Shown here: one piece after another, positions 1 to 7,484 of the stretch
Layout: each line of letters opens with the position of its first letter
Position numbering within the stretch: the stretch's first letter is position 1
DNA from: Thermofilum pendens Hrk 5
GTDB taxonomy: Archaea > Thermoproteota > Thermoprotei > Thermofilales > Thermofilaceae
Assembly (NCBI RefSeq): GCF_000015225.1
Contig: NC_008698.1
Coordinates: forward strand, 60,001 to 92,000
Length of the DNA stretch: 32,000 nucleotides
Direction: 5' to 3'
Translations under genes and position numbers: made by a program
The notes under the pieces: model-generated
Told to the model about the DNA's origin: nothing
Seen by the model: the letters and a program-made list of their open reading frames with translations, nothing else
The model's database searches: none

Positions 1-965
1 AAGAACGCTGCGAGGTGGCTGGGGATCCTGGCCTGGGACTCCCTGGGAACATTGCCGAGCACGGCTTCCATGTCTACGTCCCTCACAGCTTCGGGTGGAA
101 AGCCGTCGAAGGCTCTCAGCTCGAACTTCCTGGTAAAGTACCACCTCGCGACCACGCTTCTCCTAGTGTTTTTAACGAGCACAGCCGCCCTGTAGCCTCC
201 TTCAGCTTCGAACAGATTCTCGTCCACGAACGCCACGAACCTGCGTACCTCCCTTCTCTTCTCGCTCGCGGAGCTAGCCCTCCCGAACCATTCCAGGAAG
301 GATTGCAGGAAGTCGTCCAGGGAAACGTAGTTCTTGACCTGGAGCTTCTTGGGGGGCTTCTCCACGGGGCGCTCCGTGAGGAGCTCTACGAACCTTCTCA
401 AGTTCCTACCGGATGCCACCACGTAGTTCCACGGTACCTCCCACCAGTAGTCGTACCTGGAGAGCACATCCCACTCGTCGATCTTCGCTACCCTGTAGTT
501 AAGCCCGGCGTCAAAGTCTATTACAGCCTTCACGCGTATCTCCCCCCGCTCCAGCAAGCCGGCCACGGCGCTAGCCATAGATTTCCTCGAGATCAATGAC
601 CCAGGCACAACGATAAGCACGGTGTCTTTCGCTATCTCCTCACTGCCGGGAGGGTTCTTGGCAACCTCAAGGTAGCTCTTCGCGTTTTCGGGGTTGAAGC
701 TCGGGTTTAACCTTACCACTCGGTCATCGATGTAGCTACAGTTGTACTGGGAGGCAAGAACCTCGGACACAACTCCTCCCATGAATACGGTGTCCTCTCG
801 GGATACCTTTATCTCCGGGCAGGGCTTTTCGAAGCCTTCTTCGTCGAAACACCTCACCGGGTTCAGGTCATCGTCCAAGTATGCTTTAAGAACCTCGGGT
901 TCCTCTACTATCGCTATCGGTGACGGTGGCGCCTTTACGGGATCCTTGACATATATCACTTTCAT
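1..965 (-). CDS. hypothetical protein, C-terminus cut by window edge (>321 aa); fourth gene of the small-GTPase operon
   Basis: Hand translation of the minus strand from ATG 965 (MKVIYVKDPVKAPPSPIAIVEEPEVLKAYLDDDLNPVRCFDEEGFEKPCPEIKV...) stays open to position 1. It is absent from the ORF track because it has no in-window stop. The start lies 6 nt after the stop of the 277-aa gene. Composition is typical of a hyperthermophile protein. No family recognised. Confidence 0.6.
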   Translation of the reverse strand, partial: MKVIYVKDPVKAPPSPIAIVEEPEVLKAYLDDDLNPVRCFDEEGFEKPCPEIKVSREDTVFMGGVVSEVLASQYNCSYIDDRVVRLNPSFNPENAKSYLEVAKNPPGSEEIAKDTVLIVVPGSLISRKSMASAVAGLLERGEIRVKAVIDFDAGLNYRVAKIDEWDVLSRYDYWWEVPWNYVVASGRNLRRFVELLTERPVEKPPKKLQVKNYVSLDDFLQSFLEWFGRASSASEKRREVRRFVAFVDENLFEAEGGYRAAVLVKNTRRSVVARWYFTRKFELRAFDGFPPEAVRDVDMEAVLGNVPRESQARIPSHLAAF

Positions 966-971
966 TTCAGG

Positions 972-1805
972 CTACCTTTTCTGCGCCACGAAGGCTGAGA
1001 AAGGTCCCTTCGTAGAGTACCTTATCTTGGTGAAACGCGAGTCCTGCAGGTTGGTTGCCAGGGTTTCTGGGGGCTCGTAGTCCGGTATGCGCCAGGCGCG
1101 TAGGAGGCTACGCAAACCCTCCCTCTTGTTATCAGGCACTATGGCTATGAGCGTTCCTCCCTTCTTGAGGAGAGAGGACGCCATGCCCAGAATGGTTCTC
1201 CAGCCAAGGCTCATTGCGTCGAGCGTTGCGAAGACCAGGACGTCGACTGTACCGTTTAGGCTGGCTAGCCTATCCGCGTCTTCAAGCGGCACTACGTTGA
1301 GCTTTAGGTCGTACCTCCTGGAGTACTCGTCGTATATCTCCTTAAACGTGGAGTTGTACAGGAACCTCTTCTCGGTTATGATGCCCGGACTGCCGCTTAC
1401 ACGCTGGGATAGGCGTGAGAGGTAGACGGGCGCGACAGTGTTTACCTCGAAGAATGTTGCTCTCGGTGGGAGGCTTGCAATGTTGATGCTCCACTCGTAG
1501 AGGCTGTCTATTATGGAGATCTTCGTGAATAGCTCCGAGAAAAACGCGTAGAAGCGCCAGTCTCCCTCGGCGTAGGCCCTAGCGATGCTCGTTATCCCGT
1601 ACCTGAAAACTTCCTGGAACTCCTTTTCCTCTACCCCGAGGCCTCTGCTTTTCAGCCTCTCGGTAGCCGCTGTGAGCAACTGCGGTAGGTACTTTTCCAC
1701 GGGCGAGATCTCCTCCAGTTGCGGCGCTGAAGCTTTTTTGAGTTCGGAGAGGGCTTCGGGTAATAGGAGTATGGATATGTCGTGGTAGACCTCGGGGTAC
1801 GACAT
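972..1805 (-). CDS. hypothetical protein with a class I methyltransferase-like (Rossmann) C-terminal half and a degenerate glycine loop
   Basis: 277-aa ORF whose ATG overlaps the upstream stop (TGATG at 1803-1807). The C-terminal half has the strand/helix pattern of SAM methyltransferases (LKLNVVPLEDADRL, VDVLVFATLDAMS, LLKKGGTLIAIVP). The motif I position reads FFEVNTVAPVYLS instead of a GxGxG loop. Confidence 0.65.
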   Translation of the reverse strand: MSYPEVYHDISILLLPEALSELKKASAPQLEEISPVEKYLPQLLTAATERLKSRGLGVEEKEFQEVFRYGITSIARAYAEGDWRFYAFFSELFTKISIIDSLYEWSINIASLPPRATFFEVNTVAPVYLSRLSQRVSGSPGIITEKRFLYNSTFKEIYDEYSRRYDLKLNVVPLEDADRLASLNGTVDVLVFATLDAMSLGWRTILGMASSLLKKGGTLIAIVPDNKREGLRSLLRAWRIPDYEPPETLATNLQDSRFTKIRYSTKGPFSAFVAQKR

Positions 1806-2611
1806 CAGCCTATCACCAGGTCTATGACTCCTCTTCTTTGGAGCGAGAGGAGTGCCTCAACGTAGGAGAACATTATCTGGGGGTTCTCCAGGCCCAGAAT
1901 ATCGGAGACCTTTACGCTGGGTGCTTCGAGCACCCTGTTTACAAAGCCGCCGTTGTACTTCTCGAATATTATCGAGGGTCTGTACTTCCTCAGCAACATA
2001 GCCTCGGAGGGTCTAACCTTTACCGTTATGTTGGAAGCATTCGTGATGAGCCAGAAGACCTGCTTTATGTACTCGAATGGCTTCTCCTCTATGAGAACGT
2101 CGAGCAACCTTACAGCGTTAACGTAGTCCGTCGGCGAGTAAGAGTACGAGGAGTCGAGAGCCTCTGCGAGCAACTCCATCCAGGCTTTCGTAGTCTGGTA
2201 GCTCACATCCCTCCTGAAGTCCACCTCTAGGGAGGTCTCCCCCTTGTAGACCTTTATGCTACTCGAGGGGGGCTCGAAGTACCCGGTTACCCGGTAGTTA
2301 AGCCTCCTACTCTCTATGGTAAAACCGCCTATATTCCTGAGCCCCCTGAGCAGTTCGGGCTGGACTTTTACCTCGTATAGGCCCTTACCTCTAGCCTGGA
2401 GTAACGGGAAGACCCTGGTCCCCCTCTCGCCGCCGTTCCTGTCAACGTAAACTATGAACACGTGCGTCTCATGTTGAAAGGCTACCCCCGCGAGCCCGAG
2501 GGGGTTGTTCTGAGCCTCCTCGAGCAACTTGTCGTTAACCTCAACTACCTCTACCTGGCTGCAAGCGGGGCATCGAGCTCTAAACACGCGTTGTACTCCA
2601 AGCTTACTCAT
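1805..2611 (-). CDS. hypothetical protein (268 aa), single N-terminal CPAC knuckle; second gene of the small-GTPase operon
   Basis: The ATG overlaps the GTPase stop as ATGA (2608-2611). Sequence begins MSKLGVQRVFRARCPACSQVEVVEVNDK...GLAGVAFQHETHVFIVYVDRNGGERGTRVFP. No family recognised by eye. Confidence 0.7.
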   Translation of the reverse strand: MSKLGVQRVFRARCPACSQVEVVEVNDKLLEEAQNNPLGLAGVAFQHETHVFIVYVDRNGGERGTRVFPLLQARGKGLYEVKVQPELLRGLRNIGGFTIESRRLNYRVTGYFEPPSSSIKVYKGETSLEVDFRRDVSYQTTKAWMELLAEALDSSYSYSPTDYVNAVRLLDVLIEEKPFEYIKQVFWLITNASNITVKVRPSEAMLLRKYRPSIIFEKYNGGFVNRVLEAPSVKVSDILGLENPQIMFSYVEALLSLQRRGVIDLVIG

Positions 2612-3123
2612 ACTCTCACGCTCTGAACTATTGTTCTCAACAGGAAGAGGAAAGCCTCCTCCACCCTTGCACCAGTCCGGGCAGACACCTCGAAGTACTC
2701 TAGGAAGCCTTTCGATAGAGCATACTCGCGGGCCAGGTTGTAGGGAACTATTCTATACTCCTCTAGGTCCGCCTTGTTGCCAATCAGTATGCTGGGGACT
2801 TTCCCGAGTACACTCTCGGTGATTTTTCTCCACTCGTCGATCTCGAGGAAGGTCTCCTCCCTCGTTAAATCGAAGACATATACGACTCCTTTAGCCCCTT
2901 TCAGGAAGGCGGGAGCAAGGAAGCGGAACCTGTGCTCTCCTCCCAGATCCCATATTACCACGTGGAGCTCCCTTCCGTCTAGCTGTATCTTCCTGAAAAA
3001 GTGCTGGATCCCCACCGTTAGGCGTTCCTGCGGGTTGTACGAGCCCTCGACAAACTTTCTAGCAAGGCTCGTCTTACCTACACCCCCGGGACCACAAAGG
3101 GAAATTTTAACTGTTGCTATCAA
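2608..3123 (-). CDS. Ras/Rab-like small GTP-binding protein (171 aa)
   Basis: All G motifs are present: G1 GPGGVGKTS, switch I Thr in RLTVGI, G3 WDLGGE, G4 GNKADL, G5 VSAR. Apparent TTG start. No C-terminal Cys/CAAX. Confidence 0.9.
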   Translation of the reverse strand: MIATVKISLCGPGGVGKTSLARKFVEGSYNPQERLTVGIQHFFRKIQLDGRELHVVIWDLGGEHRFRFLAPAFLKGAKGVVYVFDLTREETFLEIDEWRKITESVLGKVPSILIGNKADLEEYRIVPYNLAREYALSKGFLEYFEVSARTGARVEEAFLFLLRTIVQSVRV

Positions 3124-3172
3124 CTCTCATCACACCGCTTCCAAGGCTGTAAGTAAGAGCCTAGCCTAGAAT

Positions 3173-3178
3173 AAAAAA
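3173..3178 (-). terminator. T6 run 14 nt downstream of the aminotransferase stop (archaeal oligo-T terminator candidate)
   Basis: Minus strand reads ...GGGTAAATTTTTTATTC... immediately after the stop at 3192. The same AT-rich block may also act as the TATA element for the GTPase operon about 50 nt further on. Confidence 0.4.
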
Positions 3179-3191
3179 TTTACCCTTATAT

Positions 3192-4388
3192 TCAGGACTC
3201 TATCCACTCCTTAATCCTCGCAATGCCCCTTACAATGTCGTTCTCACTCACAGCAAAGGAGAACCTTAGGTGCCCCTTCCCACCCTCCTTCGGGAAAGCT
3301 GTCCCAGGCAGAACCACTACGCCTCTCTCCTCTAGTAGCCTGTCCGCAAGCTCGCGCTCATTCTTCAGCCCTTTCTCCCGTATCACCTCAGTAAAGTCCG
3401 GGAATATGTAGAAAGCCCCCTCGGGCTTTACGACTTTTACGCCTTTTATCGAGAGAAACTCCCTGTATATGAGGTCCCTCCTCTTCCTGTACCCCTCGAG
3501 TATGGGTTTAAACCAAGACAAGCCTTCCTTCAGGGCCTTCGCAGCGGCTATCTGCTCGAAGGTTACCGGGCAGGAGTAGATATTGTTGGCGACCACTGAT
3601 AGCTTGGAGATCAGCTCTTTATTAGAGATGACGTAGCCCAGCCTCCAGCCCGTCATCCCAAAGGTCTTCGAAAAACCGTTCACGTAGTAGACGGCGTCGC
3701 GCCAACTCGACGTCTGCAAAGTAGAAAAGTGCTTTTTCTCGTAGACAAAGTGGTCGTATATCTCGTCCGACAGTACGACTATGCCACGCTTAGCCGAGAA
3801 ATCGACAAGCTCTTCCACGTCCCTTTGATCCATGGTGGTGCCCACGGGGTTCTCCGGGTAGTTTAGAACGATCATTCTAGTCTTGGGAGTTACGAGCTTC
3901 TCTACCTCTTCGAAGGTCACCTTGTAGCCGTTGCCCCTGTGGAGGCGCAGGAAGACAGGCTTGGCACCGGCGAAGCGTGCGACGGACTCATAGAGGGGGT
4001 AAGAGGGGTCAGGTATTATTACTTCGTCTCCGGGCTCCAACAGTGATATCATGGCCATAAAGATCGCTGATTTAGCTCCAACAGTAACGGCTACCTCCTC
4101 CGCCTTCACGTCCACTCCGTATTCCTCTGACACGAAGCTCGCTATAGCTTCCCGTAACTCCGGCATTCCCAGGCTTGGACCGTAGCCGTTGAACCCCTCG
4201 TCCATCGCCTTCTTAGCCTCAGATATCACGTGCGGCGGAGGCTGGAAGTCCGGTTGCCCTATACCGAAGGAGACGACGTCGACCCCTCTTCTTTTGAGCT
4301 CGAGGCTCCGCGCAAGGTAGACAAAAGCCTCCTCTGCTCCTAGCTGGGAGGCGGCTTTACTTAGGCGAAAGCTTGTTTCCCAGCCCAC
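3192..4388 (-). CDS. class I/II PLP-dependent aminotransferase (aspartate aminotransferase-like)
   Basis: 398 aa. PLP-lysine motif NGFSKTFGMTGWRLGY, LNYPENPVGT (NPxNPTG-like), and C-terminal LRFSFA. GTG start. Confidence 0.93.
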   Translation of the reverse strand: MGWETSFRLSKAASQLGAEEAFVYLARSLELKRRGVDVVSFGIGQPDFQPPPHVISEAKKAMDEGFNGYGPSLGMPELREAIASFVSEEYGVDVKAEEVAVTVGAKSAIFMAMISLLEPGDEVIIPDPSYPLYESVARFAGAKPVFLRLHRGNGYKVTFEEVEKLVTPKTRMIVLNYPENPVGTTMDQRDVEELVDFSAKRGIVVLSDEIYDHFVYEKKHFSTLQTSSWRDAVYYVNGFSKTFGMTGWRLGYVISNKELISKLSVVANNIYSCPVTFEQIAAAKALKEGLSWFKPILEGYRKRRDLIYREFLSIKGVKVVKPEGAFYIFPDFTEVIREKGLKNERELADRLLEERGVVVLPGTAFPKEGGKGHLRFSFAVSENDIVRGIARIKEWIES

Positions 4389-4495
4389 GTTATCAAAATT
4401 GATTGGTTAGTATTAATTGCTTATGCTAAGAAGCCGTACTCCGTTCGGGTTTTCCGCCGCATTTTTTTCGGTAAAAAGCTTTTTTTATCTAAAAA

Positions 4496-4503
4496 TTTAT
4501 AAA
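4496..4503 (+). promoter_or_regulatory. TATA box candidate TTTATAAA for the 4539 gene
   Basis: Lies in an AT-rich divergent intergenic region, 36 nt before the TTG at 4539. GGGGTG (4526-4531) could act as a short Shine-Dalgarno-like element. Confidence 0.45.
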
Positions 4504-4538
4504 CGACTTTTTAGACATAATTCTCGGGGTGCGTAGAC

Positions 4539-5021
4539 TTGGAGGAGCTGGTTAAAAGCGTCAAGGAAACACTCAATATGATCGATGCCGGGATTAGGGA
4601 CAAGAAGTTCCCGGAGCAGATGAGAATATACATAGAGCAGTTAGGAAGGAACCTGCGCCACTTCATAGAGGTAATAGAGGTTACAGGACGGGAGAACACT
4701 ATACAAAGCCCTATAAGCCCTAGCTCTAGGAGCGCGATGTTCAACTTGAGAAAAGCGTTCTACGCCACGCTTTCAAGAGAGATTAAGCAGAACAAGGTGG
4801 ACAAGGAGAGGAGTCTAGAGGAGTGGAGGAAAGTGGCATCTAGGATCATAGAGACCTTCGAGAAGAGGGGGTTGACCGAGGCTCCTTCAAAGATTATTCT
4901 CACCTACGAGATCAAGGAGGAGGACGGCAAGAGGTATATCGCTTTCCGGGATGCGCGTATACTCTACTTCGGGCTCGAAGGAATCTTGTCGGTCAGCCTG
5001 GTAGAGCAACCAGGTGCCTGA
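4539..5021 (+). CDS. hypothetical protein (160 aa)
   Basis: ORF with K/E-rich, protein-like composition (MEELVKSVKETLNMIDAGIRDKKFPEQMRIYIEQLGRNLRHF...). TATA box upstream. TTG start is uncertain; an ATG at 4577 is an alternative. No family recognised. Confidence 0.55.
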   Translation: MEELVKSVKETLNMIDAGIRDKKFPEQMRIYIEQLGRNLRHFIEVIEVTGRENTIQSPISPSSRSAMFNLRKAFYATLSREIKQNKVDKERSLEEWRKVASRIIETFEKRGLTEAPSKIILTYEIKEEDGKRYIAFRDARILYFGLEGILSVSLVEQPGA

Positions 5022-5332
5022 AGGGAGGCGAGGGCTTCGTCGGGGCTACCCTTAACTGCGTAAGGGCCCTGGTGCTGGGAGCGCAGGATCTCGCTGACAG
5101 CCTCTTCTCCCAGGATGCTTTCCGCGAGCCTAACCACCTCTTCGAGGCTCCCCTCTTTGCGTACTCTTCGTATTCGTCTCTTAAGGAACGGCTTTTCGTA
5201 CACGAGGAAACGCGCCATCTCCTCGAAGACCTTTCTCCCTTCGCTGTTAAGGTAACCGTTGGAGAAAAACGCATTGCTATTTAGGAGGAGCTTCCTCATC
5301 AAGGCTTTCACGTCGCGGCCTACGTTTTCCAC
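4964..5332 (-). CDS. hypothetical protein (122 aa or shorter)
   Basis: GTG-initiated ORF. The first ~85 aa look protein-like (…FFSNGYLNSEGRKVFEEMARFLVYEKPFLKRRIRRVRKEGSLEEVVRLAESILGEE…). The last ~35 aa are P/S/G-rich read-through antisense to the 4539 gene. Confidence 0.4.
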   Translation of the reverse strand: MENVGRDVKALMRKLLLNSNAFFSNGYLNSEGRKVFEEMARFLVYEKPFLKRRIRRVRKEGSLEEVVRLAESILGEEAVSEILRSQHQGPYAVKGSPDEALASLQAPGCSTRLTDKIPSSPK

Positions 5333-5353
5333 AGGTGTTAGCCGTTTTTTAGG

Positions 5354-5488
5354 CTATTTTACCCTTACTCTGTACACTTTCCCCATGGATTCCAGTATCA
5401 GGGAGGGAGGCGCCGCCTCCACGTTCTTTACGCGTATCCTCTTCCCGGCGAGCTTTCTCAAGAATTCCTCCATCGTTAGCTCTTCCAT
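5354..5488 (-). CDS. possible small protein (44 aa; 48 aa if the GTG at 5500 is used)
   Basis: Hand-found ORF below the track threshold: MEELTMEEFLRKLAGKRIRVKNVEAAPPSLILESMGKVYRVRVK. It ends 21 nt before the next co-directional gene start (5332). No family recognised, so this is speculative. Confidence 0.2.
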   Translation of the reverse strand: MEELTMEEFLRKLAGKRIRVKNVEAAPPSLILESMGKVYRVRVK

Positions 5489-5632
5489 TTTCCTGGCACC
5501 TAACCGGTTTCTTCGTTCTTCAAGCATTAGAGTTACGTAGCTTTACAAGGCGTCAAACAACCTAAGTACGCCCGTTTTACGAGTACATCTCTTCTCCGAG
5601 GGTGCAAAAGTTCTAGCATCGGTGCAAGTCAC

Positions 5633-5640
5633 TTTAATAA
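5633..5640 (+). promoter_or_regulatory. TATA box candidate TTTAATAA for glmS
   Basis: It directly abuts the ATG at 5641 and lies 25-32 nt upstream of the GTG at 5665. That spacing fits a leaderless transcript starting at the GTG. Confidence 0.5.
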
Positions 5641-5664
5641 ATGGGCGTGTTTAGAGGGAAGAAC

Positions 5665-7482
5665 GTGTGCGGTATAGTGGGCATAGTCTCCGAGGACCTG
5701 AACGTCGCTCCTCTCGTCGTAGAGTGCCTCCGCAGGCTTGAGTACAGGGGGTACGACAGCGTTGGTGTCGCTGTGCTTGATGATGGGAAGCTTTTCGTGC
5801 GTAAAGGCGCCGGAAAGATAGACAGCGTCGATAGCGCTAAGTGTTTGAAGTGCCTGCACGGTCACACTGGGGTAGGGCACACGCGGTGGGCTACGCATGG
5901 ACCGCCCACGGACGAAAACGCCCACCCCCACGTAGACTGTACGGGTAGGTTAGCCGTTGTACACAACGGCATACTGGAAAACTACAGAGAGCTTAAGAGC
6001 TGGCTACAGGAGAGGGGACACGTTTTCAGGAGCAATACCGACACCGAGGTCTTCGCGCACCTGGTAGAGGAGTACCTGAAGGAGGAGGGGGACTTCTTCA
6101 AAGCCTTTAAAAAGTCCCTGAAGGCAATAAGAGGAAGCTACGCCTTGGCGGTCGTTACGTCGCTGGAGCCCAGGAAGATTTTCTTCGCGAGAAAACACTC
6201 CCCGCTGGTAATCGGCATCGCCGATGGAAAAATGTTCGTTGCATCGGACATCCCGGCGTTCCTCGAGTACACGAATAAAGTCGTTATACTGAACGACGGG
6301 GAGCTCGGCTACGTGGAGCCTAGAGGGCTACATCTAGAGACGCTTGAAGGGGGCGTCGTCGACGTGAATAGGCGTGTCATAGTTGTACCCTGGACAGCCG
6401 AGCTCGCTAGGAAGGAGGGGTTCCCCCACTATATGTTGAAGGAGATCCACGAGCAACCGAGGGTTATAGCCGAGACCATAAGGGGCTTCGGCCCGGACTA
6501 CGAGCGCGGCGCCGAGCTTCTCTCAGACGCAGAGGTAATATACGTGGTAGCATCGGGTACGAGCTATCACGCGTCCCTCTACTTCGCCCTTTTAACCATG
6601 AAGATTGCCGGGAAGAAAGTTATCCCCCTGATATCCTCCGAGTACGCGGGCTACGTTTCCTCCGCGTCGGAACGCGACGCTCTGCTAGCCGTGTCCCAAA
6701 GTGGTGAGACCATAGATACCCTGATGGCCATGAGGGCGTTCAAGGAGAGAGGTGTCAGGACCGTTTCCCTGACAAACGTCATAGGGAGCGTTATCTCTAG
6801 GGAGAGCGACCACCAGGTATACATGAAGGCTGGCCCGGAGATAGGAGTAGCCGCAACTAAGACCTTCACGGTGCAACTAACGGCTTTGACGTGGCTTTCC
6901 GCGCTTATCGCGAGAAACGTTGGCGCCATGGATGAAAAAGATGCGGAGAGCCTCCTCGAGAGGATGAAGAAAATACCGGACCTCGCTGAAAAGGTTATTA
7001 ACGCTTATAGCGGTTGGTGCAAGGAAACCGGGACGTTTATGTCGGAAAAGAGTAGCGCCTACTACCTGAGCAGGGGACTAGGGCTACCGATTGCCCTGGA
7101 GGGGGCCCTGAAGCTCAAGGAGATAGCCTACGTCCACGCAGAAGGCTACCCCGCCGGGGAGAGCAAGCACGGGCCCATAGCCCTCGTAGAGAGGGGGTTC
7201 CCCGTGGTGTTCGTCTCTGTAGAGAGGGAGCTCGAGAAGAAGCTCCTCGGGAACGTTGAAGAAATGCGGGCGAGGGGTGCCTATACTATAGGCGTTGTAC
7301 CACAGGATTCAGAGCTCAGGGGGCACTTCGACCGGGAGGTCGTTGTACCTTCTTCCGACGAGGTCGCCGTACCCATACTGGCCACAATACCTTTGCAGTT
7401 AGTTGCCTACTACTCGGCTGTTGAGAGGGGCTTGGACCCCGACAAGCCTAGAAACCTCGCGAAAACCGTCACGGTTGAGTAG
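5665..7482 (+). CDS. glmS: glutamine--fructose-6-phosphate aminotransferase (isomerizing)
   Basis: N-terminal Ntn amidotransferase signature (M)CGIVGIV, followed by two SIS domains (SGTSYHAS, SQSGETIDT) and the C-terminal KPRNLAKTVTVE. The longest ORF starts at 5641, but the nucleophile Cys must be residue 1 after Met removal, so the GTG at 5665 is preferred. Confidence 0.95.
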   Translation: MCGIVGIVSEDLNVAPLVVECLRRLEYRGYDSVGVAVLDDGKLFVRKGAGKIDSVDSAKCLKCLHGHTGVGHTRWATHGPPTDENAHPHVDCTGRLAVVHNGILENYRELKSWLQERGHVFRSNTDTEVFAHLVEEYLKEEGDFFKAFKKSLKAIRGSYALAVVTSLEPRKIFFARKHSPLVIGIADGKMFVASDIPAFLEYTNKVVILNDGELGYVEPRGLHLETLEGGVVDVNRRVIVVPWTAELARKEGFPHYMLKEIHEQPRVIAETIRGFGPDYERGAELLSDAEVIYVVASGTSYHASLYFALLTMKIAGKKVIPLISSEYAGYVSSASERDALLAVSQSGETIDTLMAMRAFKERGVRTVSLTNVIGSVISRESDHQVYMKAGPEIGVAATKTFTVQLTALTWLSALIARNVGAMDEKDAESLLERMKKIPDLAEKVINAYSGWCKETGTFMSEKSSAYYLSRGLGLPIALEGALKLKEIAYVHAEGYPAGESKHGPIALVERGFPVVFVSVERELEKKLLGNVEEMRARGAYTIGVVPQDSELRGHFDREVVVPSSDEVAVPILATIPLQLVAYYSAVERGLDPDKPRNLAKTVTVE

Positions 7483-7484
7483 CT

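Noticed and set aside
15-599. 194-aa plus-strand ORF at the left edge
   Set aside because: Its Pro/Gly/His/Val-rich translation has no motif. It lies entirely antisense to a much longer open minus-strand frame (1-965) with normal hyperthermophile protein composition, so it is a shadow ORF.
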